Counted from the first letter of the stretch, positions 21,928 to 31,420 are shown. The stretch is 32,000 bases of DNA from Candidatus Poseidoniaceae archaeon (GCA_943789275.1 CALSTM010000002.1:1-32000); one strand, 5' to 3'. The notes: generated from the sequence alone by a model not told the origin. Numbers and translations are program-made.

Positions 21928-24519
21928 TTAACCTTCAAACACAATGGGTTCGGGTGTTTCAATAACTTCCTCTTTATTGCGCGCTGATAATTCAATCAAG
22001 ACTGGAAGTAACAGGAGAGCCAACAACAACGAGAAGAAGACCGTCACTGCAGTGATGAGACCGAAGTCTTGGATTACCGGCATTGGAGAAAACATCAGCA
22101 CGAGGAATCCAAAGGCCGTTGTCAAAGCGCTCATAATGAGGGCAACACCGGTTGTTGAAAGTGCTGCGCGTAGTGCTTCCCAGTGGGTATCTCTCCGTGC
22201 TAATTCGACCTCAATGCGACGCCACATGTGAATGGAGTAATCAATACCAATTCCGAGCGTAAGCGCAGTAACCATCACCGTGAGAACGTTCCATTTGAGA
22301 GATAAAACGAACATCGAACCTGCGACCCAAAGCGACGCTAATGCAACCGGTAGGAGCACGGCCAGTGCAGGAACCACACGCCGGGTGAGAATCAACAAAA
22401 CGAGGAAGGACACACAAAGAGAAATGGCAGTTGATTTAATCTGTGAAGAATTCAAACCCTCGAGAACCGTTTGTAGAATAACCAAGTCCCCAGTGATGTG
22501 AATTTGGGCTTGACCGTCCAAATTATACCTTAATGATCCAGAAAGGGAAGTCGAACCAATTTGTTCTTCGATGCTCGAAATCACAATGTTGGATTGATCG
22601 GAGGTTGACGCTTCAACACGGATTTCATTACGTAGATACGTGATTTCTTGTCCGTCCAAGTACACGGTCTGTTCGATGCGCTCAGCCCATGTCTCACCGG
22701 ACAACACATCAGCAACCGTCGCGTTGGTTGAAAGCGCTTGGAACATTGGACCGAGATTACAGCCCTGACTGGTGTTGATGACATAGACATCGCCAGCATA
22801 AATCTCAAGGTTATGCACTTCGCCGAAAGTAGCGTTACGCAAGATCGCATCCCGTAAGACAACATATGGCCCTTCATACGAAGGCGATGAAGGTGAATCA
22901 TCGGTACCAACGACGTAGTGGTTGGTTTCCAAGTCTTTGTGCAATCCTCGCATTTCATCGAGCATTAATGCATCACCTGGTATCGATTCTTGATCGACAG
23001 CAGGCTCCAAAAGAATGTAAATCAACTTCCAAGCTGCACTGTCGTAACTTGTATCCATGTCGTCGCGAACTTGCATGATTTCCATTTCTGGGTCGACAAA
23101 GTCGGCGAGGTCAAAATCAGTCTCCAGGGAAGCAACTCCGAAAATCGAAACACCGGAAATCAGTATTGCTGCGAGAAGTACCATGACTTGCTGCTTCTGT
23201 TGGACGGTGACGATTGAGTTCACAATGCCAGGCATTGTGATGGCCACAGCGTTTTCAGTAATCGAGATTTTATTCCGTGCCACATGCAGTGCTCCAACGA
23301 CAACGGTGGATGAAGCAAAAGCACAAACGACACCAAAGGCAAGGGCGTATCCAAAGGTCGCCAAAGGCGGTAGAGGAGAGATAATGTTGGCGAGGAAGGC
23401 TGCAACGGTTGTCACTACAGCCAAGCAAAGTGGGACTGAGAGTCTTGCACATGATCGCAGCCATGCTTCTGCAGGGTCATCAACCTCTTTGCGGATGGCA
23501 GAGAATGCACGTTGCAGGTGAATGGCATAATCAATACCAAGACCCAGAACCAAAGGAGCAACAGCCACTTCCAACGCTGTAAATCGGACGCCAAGGGCAT
23601 TGAGTACACCGTACGTCCAAATGAGCGCAAACGACAAGCCAATCAATGGGAACGCGACATCATTGAGCGAACGGAAAGCAATAGCAAGCAGAACGACCAC
23701 AACCACCAACGCCAAAACCACGAGCAATGCGAGATTGTCAAAAGTTCCTTGATCGATATCGTATGAAATGAGGTCAAGTGAAGCAACACCGTAATTCAAG
23801 TCTGAATTCTTTGACAATTCTGAAAATTCAGCACGGAATTGGTCTTGGATAATTTTTCGCTCTTCCTCATCCATTTCCGGGTCAATCTCAAGAACCCAAA
23901 GTGTGGAGTTCGCAGCAGGTGCTCCGTCACCGGTACCATCGCTCAAGTAGGTGCAACTCGCATCGATGTTCAGGTCCGAATGAAGCAATGCAGAAGAGGC
24001 ATAACGAGCCGCTGAGAGGAGTTGGTCATCAGAAGTCAGTGAACAAACGGTATCTTCATCGAACAATGCGTCAAGGATTTCGCTCCATGCTTCGACTGAC
24101 TGTAAATCAGTTCCGTTTCCTTCCTCATCAAGAGCGAGTTGGACTATACCCGGTGCCGTAGTCCATACTGCCACGGCCTCTTGACGCTTTTCCGATTCAT
24201 TTTCCATGGAATGAAGATGGTTGTCCATCGTCTTCAAGTGTTCTATAGATAACACATTGCTCCCATCATCTGCGGTAACATGGATGAAGAGCGGGCGAGC
24301 TTCATTCGGAAAGAACTCGTGGATTCTATCGTGAGCATTACGTGACTCAGATTCCGGGGCAAAATCTCCCAAATCGGTGTTGAATGTCGGTGGTGAGACG
24401 ACCAAATGTGCGCTGATGGCAACAGTAAACAAGACCACTACGACCAGTATTGCCGGAGTCCATTGCTTGAAGTGAGATGACCAAAGGGCCATTCGTTCCT
24501 CCAGCGCGGAAGTATCCAT
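21928..24519 (-). CDS. RND-superfamily / MMPL-type exporter (two 6-TM bundles with two large extracytoplasmic loops)
   Basis: Duplicated motif LGLGIDYAIHL / LGIGIDYSIHM within two TM bundles. The N-terminal TM is WTPAILVVVVLFTVAISAHLV. Size is 863 aa. Its stop abuts the convergent DUF2240-like gene with 0 nt between them. Confidence 0.85.
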   Translation of the reverse strand: MDTSALEERMALWSSHFKQWTPAILVVVVLFTVAISAHLVVSPPTFNTDLGDFAPESESRNAHDRIHEFFPNEARPLFIHVTADDGSNVLSIEHLKTMDNHLHSMENESEKRQEAVAVWTTAPGIVQLALDEEGNGTDLQSVEAWSEILDALFDEDTVCSLTSDDQLLSAARYASSALLHSDLNIDASCTYLSDGTGDGAPAANSTLWVLEIDPEMDEEERKIIQDQFRAEFSELSKNSDLNYGVASLDLISYDIDQGTFDNLALLVVLALVVVVVLLAIAFRSLNDVAFPLIGLSFALIWTYGVLNALGVRFTALEVAVAPLVLGLGIDYAIHLQRAFSAIRKEVDDPAEAWLRSCARLSVPLCLAVVTTVAAFLANIISPLPPLATFGYALAFGVVCAFASSTVVVGALHVARNKISITENAVAITMPGIVNSIVTVQQKQQVMVLLAAILISGVSIFGVASLETDFDLADFVDPEMEIMQVRDDMDTSYDSAAWKLIYILLEPAVDQESIPGDALMLDEMRGLHKDLETNHYVVGTDDSPSSPSYEGPYVVLRDAILRNATFGEVHNLEIYAGDVYVINTSQGCNLGPMFQALSTNATVADVLSGETWAERIEQTVYLDGQEITYLRNEIRVEASTSDQSNIVISSIEEQIGSTSLSGSLRYNLDGQAQIHITGDLVILQTVLEGLNSSQIKSTAISLCVSFLVLLILTRRVVPALAVLLPVALASLWVAGSMFVLSLKWNVLTVMVTALTLGIGIDYSIHMWRRIEVELARRDTHWEALRAALSTTGVALIMSALTTAFGFLVLMFSPMPVIQDFGLITAVTVFFSLLLALLLLPVLIELSARNKEEVIETPEPIVFEG

Positions 24520-24681
24520 TGTTCGTGCGAAGCCAAGACACTAAAAAAGAGGCGTGGTTGATTTGTACGGCGAACTGCAGTTCTATCGGATTGGTTCCAA
24601 CTTGCAGCGATTTCTTTTCTCCTCCAACTCGACGGTAGGAGAAGGTTCAAAACAAGTAGGCAGGTGGCAAGAACGATTGCA

Positions 24682-24939
24682 ATGCCTGTCAAAGTCCTCC
24701 TCAAAGAAAAAAATGAACTGCGATTGCGAGTCATTGGCGAGAGCCACACCGCCTTGCAAATGCTTCGTGAACGACTCAACAGCAGCAGCAAAATCGATTA
24801 CGCCAACTATTTCCCTGGCCACCCAGAATTGGATGACCCAGAATTTTACATTCGAACCTCCGGCAAAAACAACTCAGAGAAAGTGTTGAAGGAAATCGTA
24901 AGTGGAATCTCTTCTGAATTCGAAAGCATCAGCCTCTGA
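24682..24939 (+). CDS. rpoL: DNA-directed RNA polymerase subunit L (Rpo11)
   Basis: NELRLRVIGESHTALQMLRERL ... ANYFPGHPELDDPEFYIRT matches the Rpo11/RpoL signature (gEdHTlgN.L ... HPl.d.p.l.I.T). I use ATG 24682; the track start at 24664 is a GTG. Confidence 0.8.
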   Translation: MPVKVLLKEKNELRLRVIGESHTALQMLRERLNSSSKIDYANYFPGHPELDDPEFYIRTSGKNNSEKVLKEIVSGISSEFESISL

Positions 24940-26356
24940 ATGGGGTGTTGCAGTGACAACATGGACGGATTCTTTAGCAGAATCCATTGGCCTTGACGGC
25001 TATGCAACCTCGACAAAGGGTATTGGCGGCGTACTTAAGGCCCGAGTCACTGATTTCCGTGTTGAAGAGATATCGACTGCGGTTCATCTTGACAACAAGG
25101 GAAGATTTACGGTCGCTAAAATCATGCTCACAAACTGGGAGACAAATCGGTTTTGCAACACCTTAGCAAAGGCCCTTTCGATACCACGAAACCGAATATT
25201 CTTTGCCGGAACAAAGGACAAGCGTGCTGTGACCAAGCAGTTGTTTGTCATCGATGCACCAAAAGCGAAAGTAGCAGCAGTCGACATTCCAGATGTGGAA
25301 ATTGAAGTGATCGGCCGAACCCATCAAAAAATTGGTTTTGGAAACCATCGAGGAAACCGCTTTACGATTGTCGTACGAGGTTGTGCAAACGAAGACGGCA
25401 CGCCAATGTCAGCAGAAGATGCCCTGGAACAAGTGAAATCGATTGAAGAAGAAATGGCAGAGAAACTTGGCGACAACAAATTCCCGAATTGGATTGGTCC
25501 GCAACGGTTCGGCTCGGGCCGCCCGGTTACCGCTGAAGTTGGACGTCACGTGATTTCTGGGGACTGGAAACAAGCAGCACTCACATACATCGCCATGGAA
25601 GGTGAGTCGGAAAACGATGATGTCGCCGCATTCAGGAAGCATGTTCGAGACAACGGCCCCACAGAAGAAGGGCTCGAATTGGCTCCTCGATGGTTGGGAT
25701 TTGAACGAAAGATGGTGGAACATCTCCTCCATCGCCCAGATGATTACATTGGCGCATTTCGAAAGCTTCCAGGAAACCTGCAACTCATGACCGTCCACGC
25801 ACTTCAATCCGTCGTGTTCAACAAATCATTACACGCTCGGCTGGCTGCTGAGCATCCGATAAGTTGGCCGGTTGCGGGCGACATGGTTGGCAGAATCGAC
25901 GAAAAGGGTCAGTTGGACGCCTCAAGTTGTGTTGTTGTTGAACAACGGACTCTCCCCCGCATTATACGTAATTGTCAACTTGGTCGATTGTCGCCTACAG
26001 GCCCTCTGCCCGGTACCGAAATCAAGACCTGCGAGGGTGAAAGCGGTGACATTGAGAAGGACATCATTGACCAAATGGGACTTTCCGACGTGGATTGGCA
26101 AGTTGAAGCCATTCCTCGACTCTCAACTCGGGGTACTCGACGCTCGCTGGTAACCAGTTTCAATGAATTGAGTGTCGATACTGTACCGCTTGCTGATGAC
26201 GAGTCGATGGGCGAACGTTGGAAGGCCGGTCCGCTTGCGAACAGCAGATGGCATCCCGAGGGTGCTTGCATCCGATTCAGATTCACGCTTGCTTCAGGAA
26301 GCTACGCAACAACATTGTTGCGTGAATTTATGCGCTGCCCGCTGCATCAATTGTGA
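24902..26356 (+). CDS. truD: tRNA pseudouridine synthase D (TruD/Pus7 family)
   Basis: Motifs FFAGTKDKRAVTKQ (catalytic Asp motif), NRFTIVVRG, FPNWIGPQRFG and TRGTRRSL. The start is uncertain. GTG 24902 overlaps rpoL by 38 nt, an in-frame GTG at 24953 is the alternative, and no in-frame ATG lies nearby. Confidence 0.85.
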   Translation: MESLLNSKASASEWGVAVTTWTDSLAESIGLDGYATSTKGIGGVLKARVTDFRVEEISTAVHLDNKGRFTVAKIMLTNWETNRFCNTLAKALSIPRNRIFFAGTKDKRAVTKQLFVIDAPKAKVAAVDIPDVEIEVIGRTHQKIGFGNHRGNRFTIVVRGCANEDGTPMSAEDALEQVKSIEEEMAEKLGDNKFPNWIGPQRFGSGRPVTAEVGRHVISGDWKQAALTYIAMEGESENDDVAAFRKHVRDNGPTEEGLELAPRWLGFERKMVEHLLHRPDDYIGAFRKLPGNLQLMTVHALQSVVFNKSLHARLAAEHPISWPVAGDMVGRIDEKGQLDASSCVVVEQRTLPRIIRNCQLGRLSPTGPLPGTEIKTCEGESGDIEKDIIDQMGLSDVDWQVEAIPRLSTRGTRRSLVTSFNELSVDTVPLADDESMGERWKAGPLANSRWHPEGACIRFRFTLASGSYATTLLREFMRCPLHQL

Positions 26357-26362
26357 AGCGGA

Positions 26363-26635
26363 TCAAAGAAGTCCCATTGAAAGAACTTCGATTTCTCCAA
26401 CGCCAGTAATTGCTGCTATCTTTGTTTCAAGAGCGTCAGCAAGTCCTTCGCCGTCATTCATGACCACGTGGATTTGAACGAATTTAAGACCGAAAGCCAA
26501 AGGCTTGACTTCGACAGATTGAACGTTGTAGACATCATCGCTAAGAGCTTGGACAGAAGCCGCAATGGCTTCTGCATTCACATCTTCAACATCCGAGTCA
26601 GGATTGATTTTGTACGTCATTGCTACCATACCCAT
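26363..26635 (-). CDS. translation elongation factor aEF-1 beta
   Basis: A 90-aa protein with VKPLAFGLKFVQIHVVMNDGEG ... ITGVGEIEV, matching the aEF-1beta pattern (piAFGL ... D.eg ... i.gV...ev). GGTGAT lies upstream of the ATG. Confidence 0.85.
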   Translation of the reverse strand: MGMVAMTYKINPDSDVEDVNAEAIAASVQALSDDVYNVQSVEVKPLAFGLKFVQIHVVMNDGEGLADALETKIAAITGVGEIEVLSMGLL

Positions 26636-26644
26636 GCAATCACC

Positions 26645-26812
26645 TCAGGGTCCCTGATATTTGCAGCTCGGGCAGGTGTAGAGAACACCTTGGTTTCGGC
26701 AGCGTGGGCTGCGGCCAATGGCTGCACCGCAGCCAGGGCATGGGAAAGAAGTTGAGCCGGTCTCCTCAAGAGGGATGCCGGATGATGTACAATTTACTGC
26801 TCGTTCAGTCAT
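26645..26812 (-). CDS. Zn-ribbon protein (COG2888-type, usually found upstream of aEF-1beta), 55 aa
   Basis: Hand-translated; below the ORF-track cutoff. Sequence: MTERAVNCTSSGIPLEETGSTSFPCPGCGAAIGRSPRCRNQGVLYTCPSCKYQGP. Both the Cys pattern and the position directly upstream of aEF-1beta are conserved in archaea. Confidence 0.65.
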   Translation of the reverse strand: MTERAVNCTSSGIPLEETGSTSFPCPGCGAAIGRSPRCRNQGVLYTCPSCKYQGP

Positions 26813-26931
26813 GATAAGTCCTCAGGAACAAATGGCCCACGCCCTCCCCTTCTTTATGCTTGCGTGCAGAATCACCTCAGGTGAGGCCATAGAATTGCAG
26901 ATGTGCTGGTTGTTGGATGAGATGTACATCT

Positions 26932-27273
26932 TTATCGATTCAGGATAGAGAGCCTACCCTTTTTCCCTGTACTGACCACCAATTCACCGTTTTTTTCACG
27001 GCACCAACCCGATTCAATCACCAGAATATCCCCCACGTTAACCCTTTGAATTTGTTCGTTCCAAAGGATGAGGCCGATAATACCGGTCTCGTCCCGACCG
27101 CATGCAGCTGCAACCGGGCCAACATAGTGTTCGGAATATACCATACGTCGAGGGTACACTCTGAGAACAACCAATTCGAGCCGCCGTACGGGTGAATGAG
27201 GGGTCAGGTCGGCAACTTTTTGCCGTGTATGCTTGATTTTATGCGCTTTTGTAACGGGTTTGGATTCTTCCAT
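26932..27273 (-). CDS. single OB-fold nucleic-acid-binding protein (RPA/SSB-like)
   Basis: GRDETGIIGLILWNEQIQRVNVGDILVIESGW...NGELVVSTGKKGRLS fits the archaeal short-RPA OB pattern (DeTG.i.ltlW ... GD.v.i ... g.l.l..g..g.i). The start is at 27273 (MEESKP) or 27294. Confidence 0.6.
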   Translation of the reverse strand: MEESKPVTKAHKIKHTRQKVADLTPHSPVRRLELVVLRVYPRRMVYSEHYVGPVAAACGRDETGIIGLILWNEQIQRVNVGDILVIESGWCREKNGELVVSTGKKGRLSILNR

Positions 27274-27305
27274 AGTGCGGGAAAAACGCTCCAAACCTCT
27301 TCAAT

Positions 27306-28046
27306 CTATTCAGCCGACTTTTTTTTGCGGACCGAAAATGAGGAAGTAATGATTTCAGGTGCTTCTTCGATATCATCACCGCCAAGTTTGACGTTAAGAG
27401 CAGTTTCATAACTCTCCAGAATGTTTGTTTTCTTGAATTTCCACGGCATGAAATTTCGGCAAATCAAGTAGACTTCTGAGGAAGAGTTTCGTGAAGCATG
27501 GGGTGAAAAGCGGCGAACATCAGAGAAAAAAGGTTTCACGACATCAATCAACTCTTCAACACCTACGCCTTGAAACAGTTTGGTCACAAATGAGCCACCC
27601 TTGCAAAGAAGGGGCAGTGAGAAATCGTAGACAAGAGCTACCAGCGTCATTGCTACGGCTTGGTCCATATCCCATTTCCCTGTAATGTTGGGGGAAATAT
27701 CGGATATAATCGAGTGTAAAGGTCGTTCGTTCAACTCTTCAAGCACGCGCTGCTGGGTGTGTGGGTCCGTTATGTCGCCGACAAGCAGTATTGAGCCTTC
27801 AACCGGTTGGCAGGCTTCCAAATCCACACCGATGACCCATCCAGTTTCTCCAACGATCTCGGTAGCGACTTGTGCCCAACCACCAGGATGGCAACCTACA
27901 TCAAGAATGATGTCGCCTTCACGCAGAAGATTGAATCGCTCTTGGATTTGTTTCAATTTGAAAGCAGAGCGTGCTCTATAGCCGCTGGCTTTGGCTTGAC
28001 GCCGCCATGAATCACGTTTGTGATTTTCAATCCAGTGGTCTGCCAT
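27306..28046 (-). CDS. rlmE: 23S rRNA 2'-O-ribose methyltransferase RlmE/FtsJ family
   Basis: Motifs YRARSAFKLKQI, ILDVGCHPGGWAQV (SAM site), ISDISPNITG, FVTKLFQG and SSEVYLICRNF. The K-D-K-E tetrad is recognisable. Confidence 0.85.
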   Translation of the reverse strand: MADHWIENHKRDSWRRQAKASGYRARSAFKLKQIQERFNLLREGDIILDVGCHPGGWAQVATEIVGETGWVIGVDLEACQPVEGSILLVGDITDPHTQQRVLEELNERPLHSIISDISPNITGKWDMDQAVAMTLVALVYDFSLPLLCKGGSFVTKLFQGVGVEELIDVVKPFFSDVRRFSPHASRNSSSEVYLICRNFMPWKFKKTNILESYETALNVKLGGDDIEEAPEIITSSFSVRKKKSAE

Positions 28047-28158
28047 AGAATCCCTCTAATGTACCCTCACCACGCACTGTTGATGAAACCTCCCTTCAAA
28101 ATACGGTCCAACAAAGGGATGAAGTGGGTCGGCATGTTCGTTCGGCTCAACGGGAGGT

Positions 28159-29124
28159 ATGGTGATGAAATCAACGGCCTTCGCACTGTTCGCTCTGTTC
28201 TGTATCATGGGTGCGGGCATTGGTGGTGGAGCTGCACAGGCAAAAGTCATCGACCCCAACACGCCGTTGAATGAGCCGGTTCAATCAAGTTTGATTGGCC
28301 GCAGTGTTTTGATAGAAGAAATAACAACCACTTGGTGTGAAAGTTGTGCAGATATTGATCCTTATCTTATGGGTGTAGCAGACGCACACGGTTCAAGAAT
28401 TGCCATGGTCGCCTACCATCCTTCGGACAATCTCGATGCTTTTCAGCCCCCTGCTGCACAGCACAGAATTGATCGACTCGGGCTTCTTCACGGCAACTTA
28501 CTCTCGACACCGACGTTCTTTGTTGAAGGTGAAAACCCACGCACAGGCCTTGAAGCATGGAACGAAGTTCAACGGGACATTCTCGATGCTGAAGTCCAGC
28601 GCCAAGAAACCACAACCTTGCAGTTTGAAGTGGTTCAAATCGAAAACATCACGACTGCTCGCATTCTTTCGTTTGAATCAAACGAGGAGCAACTTCATCA
28701 GACTCAATTGACATTCTTGGTGATGCAACACGGGAAATCTGTCCCCATGGATGCGATTAACCCCGGTGAAGCGACGCGTGACCGGGTCGTTGTTGCAACT
28801 GCTGAATGCAGCATCAACACAACCTCAGTCACCAACCAAATCGGCATGCTGTCATCGGCAGTCAACCAATCGTGTACACGTGATTTTTCGGTCTCCTTTG
28901 AAAGTCTCGAAGAGTTTAGCGTACTGCTCCTTCACGAAAATACCATCGAATCCATTTCTGAAGAGAATGCTGGGCTTGGCACCCATGGGGCCGTTGAGAT
29001 GGCATTCCGGTCTCGAGAAGTTCAGGAATCGAATTCCTTCACTTCCGCTTTACTTGCCCTCGCCGCAGGTGCTGGAATCATCGCCATACTCCCCCGTAAA
29101 GGTTCAAAAAAACCCACTCAGTGA
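28159..29124 (+). CDS. secreted thioredoxin-like protein (WCESC motif) with a C-terminal TM anchor
   Basis: Signal peptide MVMKSTAFALFALFCIMGAGIGGGAAQA. The redox motif is LIEEITTTWCESCADIDPYL. The C-terminus is FTSALLALAAGAGIIAIL followed by PRKGSKKPTQ. With GGGAGGT at 28152..28158, ATG 28165 is an alternative start. Confidence 0.6.
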   Translation: MVMKSTAFALFALFCIMGAGIGGGAAQAKVIDPNTPLNEPVQSSLIGRSVLIEEITTTWCESCADIDPYLMGVADAHGSRIAMVAYHPSDNLDAFQPPAAQHRIDRLGLLHGNLLSTPTFFVEGENPRTGLEAWNEVQRDILDAEVQRQETTTLQFEVVQIENITTARILSFESNEEQLHQTQLTFLVMQHGKSVPMDAINPGEATRDRVVVATAECSINTTSVTNQIGMLSSAVNQSCTRDFSVSFESLEEFSVLLLHENTIESISEENAGLGTHGAVEMAFRSREVQESNSFTSALLALAAGAGIIAILPRKGSKKPTQ

Positions 29125-29222
29125 AGGAATCGCACTGAATCGCGCCATTATACACCCAATACCGGAAGTATTGTGAGACAATTCAAGCGAGGATTCATAA
29201 CCTACCGTGACAATGTATAACC

Positions 29223-29492
29223 ATGGCAGAGTCATGGGAAGACGTAACATGGGACCAAGGCAGACCACTCAAGGAGTGGGCTGTAGAATACACAGTAGCA
29301 GTGGATGGTGAAGAATACCATCATCTCAACATACTGTTCGGAGAAGACGAAAGCGCGGTGCAGAAGAGCTTGCTCGATGAATTGAGGCAAACTTATGTCC
29401 GCAACGAGCGTATCGATGTAACCCTTCATCGTATGGAAGAAATCAAGGAAACACCCAACGCCGATATTTTCGAAGGATGTTTCACGCCTTAA
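29223..29492 (+). CDS. hypothetical small acidic protein (89 aa)
   Basis: ORF-track entry with an ATG start. Its stop overlaps the convergent gene's stop (TTAA at 29489..29492). No motif recognised. Confidence 0.4.
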   Translation: MAESWEDVTWDQGRPLKEWAVEYTVAVDGEEYHHLNILFGEDESAVQKSLLDELRQTYVRNERIDVTLHRMEEIKETPNADIFEGCFTP

Positions 29493-30118
29493 GAGGAGCG
29501 AAGCCGATAGTGGACTTCGATGATTTCACCGTTCTGAAGCAGATAATCGTCAAAACTCGATACGAGGTTTTCCTCAGCGGCAGTCTCATCTGAAGCAAAC
29601 ACGTGCATGGCCATCTCATGGGTTGAATTCGCACGGTAATCAAAGATTCCAGTTTCATCAAAGTGGTATCCCCATATATCAAAGAAAACGCCAAGGGAAA
29701 TCTCTCCTGCATCGTTTAATTCAATGTGAAGTCGACCTGCGTCGTCATGGGTGTGAATGGCGTGCATGTAATCCTCATTACCGTTGCAGACATCGGTTTG
29801 GATACCAACTGCAGACTCGATGAGTTGTTGTTCTCCGTTGACGTATATTCGCAGAGTAACATGGTCATGGCGGCTCAGTTGTTCACCGTGTTGAACGCAT
29901 TCGAAGGCGAGAGGATCAGGGGTGTCTGCAGACGAGTTCATTTGCGTTTGAGTTTCGTTGGTCGTCGATTCCTCTTGTTCACTGGACGATTGGTCATCCG
30001 TATCAAATAACCCTTTGTCACTTGCCAGAAGGAGAAGTAGCCCAGCAAGGGCAACCGCTGTAACAACACTCCAAAAGGTCGTCTCTCGGTCCATTTGAAT
30101 CAACTTTCTTGGTTCCAT
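29489..30118 (-). CDS. membrane-anchored secreted protein with His-rich motifs (HDHVTLRIYVNG ... HAIHTHDDAGRLHIE)
   Basis: The N-terminal anchor is FWSVVTAVALAGLLLLLAS, followed by an acidic/Ser linker and a ~130-aa domain. The motif H.H..L.I.vnG ... C ... HTHD..G.lH.E resembles uncharacterised proteins I recall near DsbA/VKOR genes; unverified. The start is at 30118 or 30094. Confidence 0.5.
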   Translation of the reverse strand: MEPRKLIQMDRETTFWSVVTAVALAGLLLLLASDKGLFDTDDQSSSEQEESTTNETQTQMNSSADTPDPLAFECVQHGEQLSRHDHVTLRIYVNGEQQLIESAVGIQTDVCNGNEDYMHAIHTHDDAGRLHIELNDAGEISLGVFFDIWGYHFDETGIFDYRANSTHEMAMHVFASDETAAEENLVSSFDDYLLQNGEIIEVHYRLRSS

Positions 30119-30693
30119 TCACCCGATTCATTGAGCTTCATCAGGCGGTAGAACCCAATGAATGCTGCAACGTTAGCAATGTGAGCAGTTGTACAGTATT
30201 GGCATATTTTTTCCATCTGAATCTCATAGGAGACAAGCAATCCGATGACGAGGAAACCACCAAAGGTGAGCGCTGTACCAAGTTTGAGATAATTATCGAC
30301 CCATGTCGAGTTTGGTTCAAGTGAGGTTGAATACGCCAAGTAGAGGAGGACACAGAAGACGGCCGCTCCAATTCCGCCCCATGGGATTCCGAAGATTGGG
30401 TCGGTATTGTATGCAGTATTCCCGATGACATCATCGCAAGAAAATACCGTGCTTGATGCACAAAAGTTGCCACCTTCACTCACCTTGGAAGAAATCCAAA
30501 GCGTTTGGATGGAGACAGCAAAACCGGCGACACAGGTCAAAAGAAGTCCTGAAAGCACTCGGCCACGTTCAGTAGCAAAAGACGGGAGCGTTTCCTCTAA
30601 AGAACTTGCAATTACCCTTCCAGTCGGCAGCACAAGGAACATACCGATGAGCGTTGGTATGAGGTAAATCAACAGTTGAATGTTCGAATCCAT
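30100..30693 (-). CDS. vitamin K epoxide reductase (VKOR) family thiol-quinone oxidoreductase
   Basis: The loop Cys pair and conserved segment are NFCASSTVFSCDDVIGNTAY...IFGIPWGGIG. The active-site CxxC lies in a TM helix (KICQYCTTAHIANV). I use ATG 30693 (MDSNIQLL), 1 nt after the upstream gene's stop; the track start is 30789. Confidence 0.75.
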   Translation of the reverse strand: MDSNIQLLIYLIPTLIGMFLVLPTGRVIASSLEETLPSFATERGRVLSGLLLTCVAGFAVSIQTLWISSKVSEGGNFCASSTVFSCDDVIGNTAYNTDPIFGIPWGGIGAAVFCVLLYLAYSTSLEPNSTWVDNYLKLGTALTFGGFLVIGLLVSYEIQMEKICQYCTTAHIANVAAFIGFYRLMKLNESGEWNQES

Positions 30694-30694
30694 A

Positions 30695-31420
30695 TCAAGC
30701 ACCACCCGTATCTGCACTCTCTCGAGTGACGAGACTGAGAATTGCATCTCGAGAATCTTCTCCAGGGTTTTCAGATGAACTCCAGGCAATAATCCCGTCC
30801 GGTTGAATCAGGTAATAACTTGGGGTGCCACCGACTTTCCACTCCTTCATGTTGTCTTGGTCCAGATCATCGATGTAGGGGAATGTGTGTGCTGAACCGG
30901 GGCGACTGCCGCAATCTGAACCTGCACATGATTGGCCGGAATCAGCAGTCTTGTCTCTAAATGCCACGATTTCGGCTCGGCTTGAGTCGTGACCGTTTAT
31001 GTCGAGTTCAGTTGCACTTGCCATGAAGTTGACAATGGCACCGTTCCATTGAGGGTTGCTTCCGTCAAAATCAGCAGCGTTCAACGACATGTCTTCAGCG
31101 GAACGTACACAATATGGACAATCCGTGTCCATGAATTCAAGAAAAACCCACTGCCCTGATACGTCGCCTTCTTGCCAGTTGGAATCCCAGTAGGATTCAA
31201 GATTGAAGGTTTGCCAACCTCCGCTGCCGTTGTAGAACTTGCCCTCTAAGGCAGGTGCTCTTTCACCGGCTTTGGTCCCAGTTGCAATTGGACTTGTTGT
31301 GGCTGCAATTATGATGAGGCCAACAAAAAACAGGCTCATGACCCGAATGGCGGCTTTGGTACGAACATCAGCTTCATCATCGTATATGTGTTTCAATTTC
31401 TCATCTCCTTGGCATTCCAA
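30695..31420 (-). CDS. membrane-anchored thioredoxin-fold protein (TlpA/ResA-like, CPYC motif)
   Basis: The N-terminal anchor is VMSLFFVGLIIIAATTSPIA. The redox motif is WVFLEFMDTDCPYCVRSAEDM, followed by GGTPSYYLIQPDG (the cis-Pro region of the Trx fold). An alternative start is at 31339. Confidence 0.7.
   Translation of the reverse strand: MECQGDEKLKHIYDDEADVRTKAAIRVMSLFFVGLIIIAATTSPIATGTKAGERAPALEGKFYNGSGGWQTFNLESYWDSNWQEGDVSGQWVFLEFMDTDCPYCVRSAEDMSLNAADFDGSNPQWNGAIVNFMASATELDINGHDSSRAEIVAFRDKTADSGQSCAGSDCGSRPGSAHTFPYIDDLDQDNMKEWKVGGTPSYYLIQPDGIIAWSSSENPGEDSRDAILSLVTRESADTGGA

Noticed and set aside
24902-24939. A 38-nt overlap between rpoL and truD, considered as a possible programmed feature
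   Set aside because: It is most simply explained by start-codon uncertainty. An in-frame GTG at 24953 removes the overlap, and nothing in the sequence indicates recoding.
26872-26931. Two palindromes in the spacer between the OB-fold gene and the Zn-ribbon gene: TCACCTCAGGTGA (26872..26884) and AGATGTACATCT (26920..26931, abutting the OB-fold stop)
   Set aside because: They are short and isolated. They could be a transcription-factor site or a weak terminator hairpin, but nothing else supports a specific function.
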